From Naegleria gruberi (taxonomy: Eukaryota), in assembly GCA_000004985.1 (NCBI GenBank), contig GG738903.1: 64,000 bases of DNA. One strand, written 5' to 3'. Positions 21,196-31,814 of the stretch are shown here, in pieces. Position numbers and translations under genes: made by a program. Below the pieces are notes generated by a model. That model did no database searches and had not been told where the DNA came from. It saw nothing but the letters and a program-made list of their open reading frames with translations. The stretch's first letter is position 1. Each line of letters opens with the position of its first letter.

Positions 21196-23357
21196 ATGAA
21201 GAAGGTTCTTAGTCCATCATCTCTTCAACTCAATTTGAAAATTGCTTCGGGAGCTATTGCTTCATCATCAAAACATGCAACACAAATTGTAAAATATCTT
21301 GCTCAACAACAGCTGGCATCTGTTAATTCTTCCTATCATCAATCTAGTCGAGTTTCAACAAGCAAAAAAAAGGATAACGATGATGATGAATTTAAAAAGA
21401 ACATGAACAACATATTTGGAGCATTGGGAGGCTCGGAACAAGTGAAAGGACATTTGAATGATATATTCAATGCTTTTTTAAAACCTGGAGCAAATATTCA
21501 TACTTCAGGTGCTTCGAATTCTTCATCTTCATCATCTAAAAAGAGTGAACAACAAACAACGGAAAATGATGAAGCAAACAAGCCAAAGAATACCTTCATT
21601 CAAGATGAAGAACGATTAAACGAGAATTTCCACAAGATTGTCTTTGAAGCCTATCACATGCAACGTAAACAATTTGAAAACAAATTGACACCACAAGAAA
21701 TTGTGAATTGTCTTGATAAACATATTGTTGGACAAAAGGATGCAAAGAAGGCTGTCAGTGTAGCCCTTCGTAATAGATATAGAAGAAAGATTTTGATTGA
21801 TTGGGCAAAGAGTGAAAAAACTTTACTTGATCCTTCTGAGATAATTCCAAAGAATATTTTAATGATTGGATCAACAGGTTGTGGTAAAACTGAAATTGCA
21901 AGAAGATTGGCAAAATTAGTTTCTGCTCCATTCTTGAAGGTTTGTTTAATTCAATGTTCTCTATTAATTTATTATTATTATTTTATTATTATTATTATTA
22001 TTGGAATGTTCTTAATGAAAAAATTATATAGGTGGAAGCAACTAAATATACAGAACTTGGATATCATGGAAGAGATGTGGATACTATTGCTAGAGACTTG
22101 GTGGATGTTTCTATCAATGTTTTGAGAAATAATATTACTGATCTTTTCAAACAATTTTTAAATAGACCACCATCATCAACACCATCCGAACAAGAAGAAG
22201 GAACTTTGGAAGAACCAGACTTGTTTGGATCCTATCTTCAACAATTAATAGAGTATAGAATCATTCACTTGATGATTGGAACAAAAAATATAGCAAATTT
22301 GAGAAATGGTACCATTAAGGATTATTTGAACATGTTAAGAAATGGAGAATTGGACGATAGAAAAATTGAAGTGAGCATGCCTGAAAAGAAATCATCATTA
22401 GGATTATCTCAATTCAGTGACGTGTTTGATGCTGTCAAGGGTTCATTTGGATCATCTCTTGATAATTCCAAATTTTCAATGCCAGATGTTGCCAACTTGT
22501 CAGATCATCAAACACCACTTGACTCAATGTTAGGTCAATTAAATCCACAAAAATATAAAAAGGTTGAAATGACAATTAAGGAAGCCAAAGTGAGATTAGT
22601 AGAGTTGGAAATGGATAAATTTTTGAATAGCCCATTATTCATTGAAGAGGCAAGAAAGATTGCTGAAAGTGATGGAATTGTCTTTATTGATGAAATTGAC
22701 AAGATTTGTGGAAGTCCTGAAAAGAAGGCCGTTCAAGGAGATGCCTCAGGAGAGGGAGTGCAAAGGGATTTATTACCACTGTTAGAGGGTTGCACAATTA
22801 ATACTAAATATGGTCCAGTCAAGACGGATCATGTTTTGTTTATTGCTAGTGGTGCTTTCCATCAACAAAAGCCATCTGATTTAATGTCTGAATTCCAAGG
22901 TAGATTGCCAGTAAGAATCATGTTAACTGCACTTAATACGCCTGAAGAGCTCTATCAAGTATTAACAATGCCAGAATTCAACCTTGTGAGACAAAATATT
23001 TCCCTTATGAATAGTGAGGGTATTTCTTTGGTCTTTAGTGACGCAGCTAATAGAGAAATTGCCAATTTCAGTGCCTTGTGTAATGCAGGAAATGATAATC
23101 TTGGTGCAAGAAGATTAATTGGAATTATTGAAAAGGTAATTGATGAAATGTCTTTTATTATTCCAGACTTAGTGAGAATGGAGGATACTGAAAAAGCTGC
23201 ACAAGAATTGAGAAATATTGGATTTAACACTTTTGAAATATCAAGACAAGATAATAGAAATGCTATTACAATCACAATAACAGCCGAAGATGTGCAAAAG
23301 AAACTGGAAAAGAGCTCACAATTTAAAAAGTTGGATGTGAAGAAGTTTATGATTTAA
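21196..23357 (+). CDS. hslU: HslU (ClpY) AAA+ ATPase subunit of the HslVU protease, with a roughly 160-aa N-terminal extension. Two exons: 21196..21939 and 22032..23357.
   Basis: It aligns with E. coli HslU along its whole length: '[21 protein letters not shown]', Walker A '[19 protein letters not shown]', 'APFLKV|[22 protein letters not shown]' across the intron, Walker B 'VFIDEIDKI', and '[12 protein letters not shown]', '[10 protein letters not shown]', 'LQGRLPVRI', 'GARRL'. Confidence 0.88.
21940..22031 (+). other. Spliceosomal intron (92 nt) in hslU
   Basis: GTTTGT...(ATT)n-rich...TATAG. Exon 1 ends in phase 0 after 'PFLK'. Exon 2 begins 'VEATK', restoring the universally conserved HslU segment. 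Confidence 0.85.
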
Positions 23358-23376
23358 TAAATTTTGAAATTTAAAG

Positions 23377-26300
23377 TTAAAGTTCAAATCTTGCATTTGC
23401 TTTCATTCTTTGTTTGAGTTCGTTCACAATAGCAAATGATTTGTACTCATCTGTGAAAATAAACCTAGAGAAGGTATCACTCAAGTTCATAACAATTTGT
23501 TGATAGAGAGAATCAGCACATCCATTAATCATTCTTTGATAACCAACCCACATTACTTTGTTTTCTGTATTGTTTGCTTCTGCCTTCTTTTGTTCATCAA
23601 CCAATTTTACACTTGATTGACTAAAGTCAAGTTTGATTGGCTGGGCATTCATGGATTGCATTGGAATTGACTTTGTCTTTTTAGTATTCAACTCTCCATA
23701 CAGAATGCTTTCATAAACCTTATCCACAAATGGCTTGTCTTTACCTTGCTCGACAACCATCTTGAATAAGAGTAAGAATGAATTTCTTGAATGTGATGGA
23801 ATATTCACTTCCATAGTTGCTCCTAATTTGATGTAAACCTCGTAGGTGCTGACACAGTACGAGTAGAGATGTTTCAAGAACTCTTCAGAATCGTCCATCT
23901 TATTCTCCAAAGTATCCATAAAGAGCTTGATATCAACATACATGTAAAGATTTTCCAAAGACCATTCCTTTTTACAGAACTCCTCAAATAGAATAATACC
24001 TTCAGAGTCTGACATTACTTGAGAGAGTTCCTCATTTTCTAATTCCACTGCTTCTTCTTTCTTATTGTCATTAGGTTTTTCAGTTGTAATCTTCTTGTAG
24101 AAATTATAAAGTGAAACCAAGGAAACAAATCCACCAAATGCTAAAATATAAAATACAATATAGACAGTTTCAATGGCAAATCTGGCTGAGTCAAAGACAA
24201 GCCCAATTGTGAATTGTTTAGTGTCAGAGCTGGAGAATTTTCCATCAATACTGGCAAGACCTAACGCTTGAGAAACAATGAGGAAGATAAAGAATGCCAC
24301 AAAGAATATCATTTCCAAACGGTAGAACAGTGGAGTATCTCTTCTAACAAACCATTTCCATACTGTGTGTAATACTGTTGATATTTGAATTGTTTCCTTT
24401 CCTTTACCTGATGAAGTATCAGCACTAATTGGTTTAGTTTCTAATTTCTTTTGTCCTTTTCCTTCAGTAGTCGCTCCTTGATTTGTAAGTCTTGCAGAAA
24501 TTGAAGACTCCTTTGAATCGTCATCAAATTTGTAAGTCAAAATCATATCAGCAACGAAAATTAAAGCAACAATCAAGGCAAATGTCAAAATGACAACACA
24601 ATAGGATACAGAAACAATAGTAGTGTAGTCATTAGCACCAATAACTCCAGTATACTTGAGAACAAACCACAAAGTCCAATAGAGAATGTTAGCTACAGCA
24701 AACAAACATAAAATAGCATAATAGATTGGATTTGAGGTCAATCTCTTGAATGTTGTAATCTTCTTTGCATAATTTGCTAAAAGATTACCTTCCTTATTTC
24801 TCATCACATTCATTAAATTGTAAAGATGCTTCATGAATAAGTAACGAACCACTTGTAAGAGGAAGGCGAGAATGGCTGTTAAATTGAGAGTGTTGACAAT
24901 AATTGAAGCTATACCACCAAACCAATTGACTACATTAGTGACATCAGTTTCATAAGCTGCCGATTTCAATGTATTACTCAATAATTCATTAACAAGAATG
25001 GAATTTCTAATAATTGAAATCAAAACACATTCAGTCAACAGGGCAATCATACCCAAGTATGGAGCAACAAGTCTACTCTTAATAGGTTGCTTATTTTTAA
25101 ATATTGTGAGCAATACCAAAACAATAACAGCCACAATTCCATAAATTCCTCCAAAAACTATTTCAGCAATGTAATAACTGGCAACTTGTAATTTGTAGCT
25201 ACTATTAACAGCACTAGTCAAATTGAATTGCAAGAAAGTACCAAATCTTGTGGTATGGTCACACTTACAAACAACATCACCATTAACAAATGAAGAGACG
25301 TAACAACCATTTCCTAACCAAGCATTTTCGGTTTCATTCCAATATCTGCACTCCATTGTGGTATTGGTAATATTCTTATTTGATGTCAAGGTAGAAAGTG
25401 ATGTCTTGTCGAGAGAGAACGTCAAAGCAATAGGATTTTTGAGATTTCTCAATTCAACTTGACTGTCTGACATACTGAGTGTGAATTCCGTTAGAGGTGC
25501 AAGAATATAACTCTTCTTTGAGAAGGAATCAACCTTTGAGTTGATAGAGTAGGCTATGAATGATAAGCCAAAGGATCCAGTTGTTTCATTTGAAATTTGT
25601 TGGAAAATAGAATTCATATCCAAACTAACTTGATTAATACCAGTTGAAAGAGTTTGATTGGTAGTTGTTGGAGTTGACTTATCCAGAGAGAATGCAGAAA
25701 TTGTAATATTGACCATATCAGTTGCAAATGAAAGAGTTGGAACTGATCCAGTTGTAACCAATGTTGGAATTTCACCAATGAGAGCTGTATCAGCTGTACT
25801 TTCTGCAGTTGATTCCACCTTTTCAGAGTTTAGTCCAGTTTCCAATAAATTTGAAACAAGTTTTAGTGTTGAAAATGTGACAGTTGAATCCAAAATCTTT
25901 GTCTTGACAAATGAATACAATGCCTTTTCTTCTAAATATTGAGCTGTAACATTTGAAACGAAATTGGCTAACTTGGTGTTTACCTTGTCGACCATTTCAG
26001 AGCTCATCTTTGAAGGATCTGAAGTAATGGTAAGGAAAGAATCCAATGCACTTTGTGGATTCTTAATATCAAATTGAACATTGTCAATTAATTGATTCAA
26101 AACGGCTTGTGATTCATTGGTTGAAATTGATCGAGTAGAAATGGATGTATCATAAGAGTAAAGAACTGATTGCTCAGAAGAGCTAGCACTACTCAATAAA
26201 TTCAATAATTCCGAAACTGTTCCATTGTAAGGCGAAACTGTGACTGTTGAAGAATATGTCCACTCTTCATTACCATACTTATCGGCAACAAAGAGAATAA

Positions 26301-29300
26301 CAGTGACAGTCTCATCGTTGGTGCTTCTACTCTTCTTTGTTTGAGTCAAATAAGGAAGAATGGAACTGAAAGTGGAATTAGTAGTGTATGAAGTGATTCT
26401 GACAGGTTTTTGTTGTGTAGAATCATAAACACCTAAAGCATACGTGAGTGGTTTGAGAGAATCGGCAGCTGACCATTCCTGAACTGTGAAAACGAAATTT
26501 TCAATAAGTGCCATACCTTGAGTTGGCATTATAGTGACGAGTTTTGTTGTATTCTTTGGAGCTGATGCTGGTGGGATGATTGGATAAGTTGAGGTGATTG
26601 AAAAACTGGAATTACTGTCCTGATTTCTAAATTCCAAAATAATTTCCAAAATTGATTCTTCAGCAGTGTTCTGTGTGAGATTTGTAATTTGCGATTTGAA
26701 ATTGGAAACAGAATAGGAAAGATATGGAGAGCAAGTAAATCCATCAAGAGCAGAGTTTGGAACAATGGTTACATTTCCAGAAATGTCTAACATGTTAAGA
26801 GTTTGATTGAATCTAACGACAAGTGAGTATTCAACTTTCTTTGCTGCACAACCACCATTGTTACATCCCAAGAATCTTACCAAAGCACTTTGATTCAAAG
26901 AAACTGTCGGTACAACAATATCCAAACTAGTTGGTAAGGTATTGGTTGTGTAAGCTTCCTTCACACCAACAACAGATACAGAGTATGATTCTGGCACTTG
27001 AATAATGGTAATATTAAAACTAAATGTGTTTGATTGTCTGTAGAAGAAAACACCATCCTCTGAGGTTACAGCCATAGCCGACAATTCAAGATTGAAAGTT
27101 CCTGTTGGTAATACATAAACATTGAATAGGGCAATTGATTGAGTAATATTTGAAAGATAATCACTTCCATTATTTCCTTGACAATTAGTACATGTCCAAT
27201 TGTAAATCACATTTTCCAACAAGTATGGTTGTGGAAGAATCTCACCTAGAACAGCATGAAGTGACAAACTAGAAATATTGTTGTAGACACTATAACTCTC
27301 TACCGTGTAACCTCCAATTTTAAGTGAGACTGTAATTGGAGATTGTGTGATATTACAATTCTTACCAAACCATGGATAACTGCATTCACAAGTATTAGGA
27401 CTATTACAGATACCATTTTGTGAGCAAACATCCAAAGAAGTTGCATTCACACCAAAGCAAATTGGTGTTTGACAATTTTCTCCAGTGAAACCATTTGTGC
27501 ATTCGCAATTATTTGGCGATTTGCATTGACCATGTCCAGAACAAACATTCAATGTATCATTAAAGTACAAAGAATAGCATTGGTACAGAGTACATTCCTC
27601 TCCAAAGTAACCTTGTACTTGACAAGAGCAAGTATTTTCAGAATTACATTGACCTTTTCCATTACAAACTTGTGGATCGGTTGAATTCTTTCCGAAACAC
27701 GTTGAGAATTGACAATTATTACCAGAGTATGTTGAAGTACAATTACAGAAATCGACACCAATGCAGCTTCCTCTTTGGTTACAAACATTTGAAGAGTTGG
27801 CAAGAATATTTTCACACTTGAAGATTTCACAATTTGAACCGCCATATCCATAGCCACATGAACACAAATCAGTGTCAATACATTGACCAAAACCTGAACA
27901 AACTGATGGCATAGTTGAATTGATTCCGTAACAAATTGGGTATTGGCACTTGTCTCCAGTGTATCCTGTAACACAAGAACACTTATCAGGAGAAATACAT
28001 GAACCCTTTCCACTACAAATAAACTTGGAATCTTGTGAAGTATTATTTCCAAAGCAAGAAACATATTGACAGTTATTTCCACTATATCCTAAATTACATG
28101 AACAATTATTTGGTAAAATACATTTACCAAATCCAGAGCACACAGTATTATTGAGATAGTTCAATCCATAACAATTGTAATCTGTGCAATTCTTTCCATA
28201 GTAATTATAATCTGTACAGTAACAAACGTCTGGAGAAGTACAAATACCTTTTGCATTACATTGTGTTGGATCATCAAAGGTTCTATTATAACAAATTGGT
28301 TTGTTACATTGTCCACCAGACGAAAAACCAGATAGACATTGGCATGTATCTGGTGCAACGCAGCTACCATTATTGGAACAGACATTTGGATCTAGAGCCG
28401 AGAGTGAGTAACAAACTGGAATGTCACATCTGGAACCTGTGTATTGAGAGGTACAATTACATAAATTGGCACCAGTACAATTTCCCTGAGAGCTGCAATA
28501 TGCAACACCATCACATGAGTAGGCAGAACATTCTGCATTGCCTTTCCATCCAGTGTTGCACTGACAAGTATTATTGGAAATACACAAGCCATTTCCATGA
28601 CAGTTGTCAGAGGCATCACATGTGAAAGTATTACAATTTGAACCTGTCCAGCCAGATCTACATTGGCATGTGTTATTTCCAATACATTGACCATTTTGAG
28701 AACAAGAATTAACTCCGTCACAACTAATAACTGAACAATTGGAACTTCCTTTCCATCCACTTTGACATTGGCAAGTATTGTTTGAAATACATAAACCATG
28801 ATCGTAACAATTAAGCACACCATCGCATGTGAAAATGTCACATTTTGGTCCAGACCATCCAGATCTACATTGACATGTGTTATTTCCAATACATACTCCA
28901 TTTTGAGAACAGCCACTAACACCATCACATGAGAATTGGGAACATTCTGCATTGCCTTTCCAGCCACTATAACATTGGCAAGTGTTGTTGGAAATACACA
29001 AGCCATTACTGTTACAATTTGAAGAGGCATCACAAGTGAAAACATTGCAACTTGCTCCTGTCCAACCAGACCTACATTCGCATGTGTTATTTCCAATGCA
29101 TTGACCATTTTGAGAGCATGAATTAACACCATCACAAGTAATTGCCGAACAATTCGAGTTACCTTTCCATCCACTAACACAGTTGCATGTATTAGCGCCT
29201 GTACACGTACCATGTCCTGAGCAGAAATCTCTATCCTTACAAGTAAAAGTATTACAATTAGCTTCTGTCCATCCACTGTTACAATTACAAGTATTATTTG

Positions 29301-31509
29301 AAATACAAGTACCGTGTCCATTACAAGCTCCTAATGCATCACAACTGATTGCTGAACAATTTGCATTACCTTTCCATCCACTATCACAAGTGCATGTATT
29401 TGCGCCTGTACACGTACCATGTCCAGAACAGTAATTTCTTTGATCACAAGTGAAAACTGAACAATCGACAGCACCTCTCCAACCTGTTTTACAACTGCAA
29501 GTGTTATTCGAAACACAAGTACCCTTACTGGCACCTCCACAATTACTTAAGGCATCACAACTAATTGCTGAGCAATTTGCATTTCCTTTCCATCCACTTT
29601 CACAAGTGCATGTATTAGCACCTGTACACGTACCATGTCCTGAACAATAATTAGTTCCGTCACAAGTGAATTCAGAGCAGTTACTAGCTCCTCTCCATCC
29701 TGAATTACAGGTGCAGGTATTTGGACCGCTGCATATTCCGTGTCCATAACAACCTCCAACTAGCTCACAACTCACTGAATTACAACTTGTGTCTCCCTTC
29801 CAACCATCATTACATGAACAAGTATTTGCACCAACACATTCACCATGCCCAGAACAATAATTGCGCGAATCACACGAGAATATTGAGCAATTACTAGCTC
29901 CTCTCCATCCTGAATTACAGGTGCAGGTATTTGGGCTGCTGCATATTCCATGTCCATAACAACCTCCAACTAGCTCACAACTCACTGAATTACAACTTGT
30001 ATCTCCCTTCCAACCAGCATAACAAGAACAATTATTGGGTCCAATACAGTCACCATGAGATGAACAATAATTGCGCGAATCACACGAGAATATTGAGCAA
30101 TTGGCAGCTCCTCTCCAGCCAGTAACACAAGAGCATGTATTAGCAGAAGTACATGTTCCATGGTTTGAACAAACATTTGCTGTATCAGTTGCATTGTAAG
30201 AGTAACAAATTGGAATGTTGCACGAAATTCCAGTCCAATCAGTATTACATGAACAATATGTTTCTGAAGCACAAGAACCATGTCTTCTCCAACATTGTAG
30301 AGATGGCGAACACAATTCATAGGAACAATCAAGTCCTGTATAGTTGGTGGCAGTACAGTTACAACTGTTCGGAGCAATGCAATCTCCCTTATTGTAACAA
30401 ACATTTGGTGATGGATAATAGTAACCGTAGCAAATATTGTATTGGCATTCAGAACCAGTATAACCAGTATTGCAGGAACAAGTATTCGGTGAAGTACAGG
30501 TACCTCTCACAGATCCAGAGCAAGCATTTGCTGTATTATTGGAAGGTATTCCATAGCAAATTGGATATTGACATTTTGGCCCAGTGTATGTCGAATTACA
30601 TTGACATGTGTCAGTATCAATACAGTTACCATGCCCTGAACAAATAACTGATGAGATATTTTTAAAGGTACTCACTCCAAAACATATTGGAATTTCACAA
30701 TTATTTCCTGTGTAACCTTGTGGACATTGACATTGATTAGTAAAAACACAAGTTCCTCTTCCTGAACAAACAGTAGTATCATTTTGTAAAATTCCATTAC
30801 AAATAGTAACATTACAATCATTTCCAAACCAATTGGCTTTACAATTACAAGTATCCAAATCAGTACAATTACCATGTGAATTACAGACATTTGAGGCATT
30901 CTGAACTATTCCAAAGCATGAAGGAGTGCCACATTGAGTACCACTCCATCCATCATCACATTTACACACATTGGTATCGATACAATCTCCATTTCCTTTA
31001 CAAACAGAATTTGTTTCATTCTGTAATATTCCAAAACAGGAGGTAACATTACAATCAATTCCATACCAATTTGATGAGCATGAACAAGTATCAGTACCAG
31101 AACAAGTTCCATGCCCATTACATACAGCACTTGTTTCATTCTGTAATATTCCAAAACAGGAGGTGATTTGACATTGAGTGCCATACCAATCTGGATCACA
31201 TTCACAATTATCTTGTTCGGTACAGTTTCCTCTTCCGTTACAAACTTGGGTTGTGTTTGACAATTTTCCAAAGCAATAGATGAGTGTATTGTTGTTGGAT
31301 TCTTGTGCTTGTGTGAAAAGGAAACTCTCTTTAGTTTCGAATATTTGTTGTTGGTCTTGATGGAATAAAAACATCATGATGAAACAAGTTGACAAAATTG
31401 ATGCATATAAAATTATATTCATCAGAAAGGAATGATTACCCGGAGAAGATTGTTTCCTCCTTGTCATTCCAATACGAGAAAACCCATTATTATTATTGCT
31501 TCTCATCAT
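23377..31509 (-). CDS. Giant adhesion-GPCR-like receptor, 2710 aa. From N to C: signal/anchor, roughly 60 tenascin-type EGF-like repeats, an S/T-rich stalk, a GPS-like motif, 7TM, and a C-terminal RGS domain.
   Basis: Continuous 8.1 kb ORF. Repeats of the form C-x-C-xxG(W/Y)xGxxC. GPS-like 'CRYWNETENAWLGNGCYVSSFVNGDVVCKCDHTTRFGTFL'. Seven hydrophobic helices follow. The C-terminal RGS fold is 'ILFEEFCKKEWSLENLYMYVDIKLF...YEVYIKLGATMEVNIPS...'. Confidence 0.8.
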   Translation of the reverse strand: MMRSNNNNGFSRIGMTRRKQSSPGNHSFLMNIILYASILSTCFIMMFLFHQDQQQIFETKESFLFTQAQESNNNTLIYCFGKLSNTTQVCNGRGNCTEQDNCECDPDWYGTQCQITSCFGILQNETSAVCNGHGTCSGTDTCSCSSNWYGIDCNVTSCFGILQNETNSVCKGNGDCIDTNVCKCDDGWSGTQCGTPSCFGIVQNASNVCNSHGNCTDLDTCNCKANWFGNDCNVTICNGILQNDTTVCSGRGTCVFTNQCQCPQGYTGNNCEIPICFGVSTFKNISSVICSGHGNCIDTDTCQCNSTYTGPKCQYPICYGIPSNNTANACSGSVRGTCTSPNTCSCNTGYTGSECQYNICYGYYYPSPNVCYNKGDCIAPNSCNCTATNYTGLDCSYELCSPSLQCWRRHGSCASETYCSCNTDWTGISCNIPICYSYNATDTANVCSNHGTCTSANTCSCVTGWRGAANCSIFSCDSRNYCSSHGDCIGPNNCSCYAGWKGDTSCNSVSCELVGGCYGHGICSSPNTCTCNSGWRGASNCSIFSCDSRNYCSGHGECVGANTCSCNDGWKGDTSCNSVSCELVGGCYGHGICSGPNTCTCNSGWRGASNCSEFTCDGTNYCSGHGTCTGANTCTCESGWKGNANCSAISCDALSNCGGASKGTCVSNNTCSCKTGWRGAVDCSVFTCDQRNYCSGHGTCTGANTCTCDSGWKGNANCSAISCDALGACNGHGTCISNNTCNCNSGWTEANCNTFTCKDRDFCSGHGTCTGANTCNCVSGWKGNSNCSAITCDGVNSCSQNGQCIGNNTCECRSGWTGASCNVFTCDASSNCNSNGLCISNNTCQCYSGWKGNAECSQFSCDGVSGCSQNGVCIGNNTCQCRSGWSGPKCDIFTCDGVLNCYDHGLCISNNTCQCQSGWKGSSNCSVISCDGVNSCSQNGQCIGNNTCQCRSGWTGSNCNTFTCDASDNCHGNGLCISNNTCQCNTGWKGNAECSAYSCDGVAYCSSQGNCTGANLCNCTSQYTGSRCDIPVCYSLSALDPNVCSNNGSCVAPDTCQCLSGFSSGGQCNKPICYNRTFDDPTQCNAKGICTSPDVCYCTDYNYYGKNCTDYNCYGLNYLNNTVCSGFGKCILPNNCSCNLGYSGNNCQYVSCFGNNTSQDSKFICSGKGSCISPDKCSCVTGYTGDKCQYPICYGINSTMPSVCSGFGQCIDTDLCSCGYGYGGSNCEIFKCENILANSSNVCNQRGSCIGVDFCNCTSTYSGNNCQFSTCFGKNSTDPQVCNGKGQCNSENTCSCQVQGYFGEECTLYQCYSLYFNDTLNVCSGHGQCKSPNNCECTNGFTGENCQTPICFGVNATSLDVCSQNGICNSPNTCECSYPWFGKNCNITQSPITVSLKIGGYTVESYSVYNNISSLSLHAVLGEILPQPYLLENVIYNWTCTNCQGNNGSDYLSNITQSIALFNVYVLPTGTFNLELSAMAVTSEDGVFFYRQSNTFSFNITIIQVPESYSVSVVGVKEAYTTNTLPTSLDIVVPTVSLNQSALVRFLGCNNGGCAAKKVEYSLVVRFNQTLNMLDISGNVTIVPNSALDGFTCSPYLSYSVSNFKSQITNLTQNTAEESILEIILEFRNQDSNSSFSITSTYPIIPPASAPKNTTKLVTIMPTQGMALIENFVFTVQEWSAADSLKPLTYALGVYDSTQQKPVRITSYTTNSTFSSILPYLTQTKKSRSTNDETVTVILFVADKYGNEEWTYSSTVTVSPYNGTVSELLNLLSSASSSEQSVLYSYDTSISTRSISTNESQAVLNQLIDNVQFDIKNPQSALDSFLTITSDPSKMSSEMVDKVNTKLANFVSNVTAQYLEEKALYSFVKTKILDSTVTFSTLKLVSNLLETGLNSEKVESTAESTADTALIGEIPTLVTTGSVPTLSFATDMVNITISAFSLDKSTPTTTNQTLSTGINQVSLDMNSIFQQISNETTGSFGLSFIAYSINSKVDSFSKKSYILAPLTEFTLSMSDSQVELRNLKNPIALTFSLDKTSLSTLTSNKNITNTTMECRYWNETENAWLGNGCYVSSFVNGDVVCKCDHTTRFGTFLQFNLTSAVNSSYKLQVASYYIAEIVFGGIYGIVAVIVLVLLTIFKNKQPIKSRLVAPYLGMIALLTECVLISIIRNSILVNELLSNTLKSAAYETDVTNVVNWFGGIASIIVNTLNLTAILAFLLQVVRYLFMKHLYNLMNVMRNKEGNLLANYAKKITTFKRLTSNPIYYAILCLFAVANILYWTLWFVLKYTGVIGANDYTTIVSVSYCVVILTFALIVALIFVADMILTYKFDDDSKESSISARLTNQGATTEGKGQKKLETKPISADTSSGKGKETIQISTVLHTVWKWFVRRDTPLFYRLEMIFFVAFFIFLIVSQALGLASIDGKFSSSDTKQFTIGLVFDSARFAIETVYIVFYILAFGGFVSLVSLYNFYKKITTEKPNDNKKEEAVELENEELSQVMSDSEGIILFEEFCKKEWSLENLYMYVDIKLFMDTLENKMDDSEEFLKHLYSYCVSTYEVYIKLGATMEVNIPSHSRNSFLLLFKMVVEQGKDKPFVDKVYESILYGELNTKKTKSIPMQSMNAQPIKLDFSQSSVKLVDEQKKAEANNTENKVMWVGYQRMINGCADSLYQQIVMNLSDTFSRFIFTDEYKSFAIVNELKQRMKANARFEL

Positions 31510-31814
31510 TGTTGATACGAAAAGTGAAGATGATGAAATAACTTCTGTTAAGAAGTGAAGGGTTTTTTTTTGTTAGGTGATGTTCGGTATTTCTTGACTA
31601 AAGCAACATGTCAATCTGTCCAACGTTGGCTTTGTTAGTGTGAAAAAATTAGAATGGAAAGTAATCCGCCCTTGACTAGTGACAAAAACACTAATAGATT
31701 AGGTTTTAGTCTGCAATTAGAATGTAAGCCGTAAATTGTCACTTATCTCAATCGATTATAAACTCAATGATTTAAGGTGTGTACAAAATATATTGAGACA
31801 ATATCATTTTAATA

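Noticed and set aside
27469-31271. Many 60-310 aa ORFs on both strands inside the EGF-repeat region of the giant receptor gene
   Set aside because: They are internal to a continuous 8.1 kb ORF on the minus strand. They arise because the Cys/Gly/Asn codon-biased repeats lack stops in other frames.
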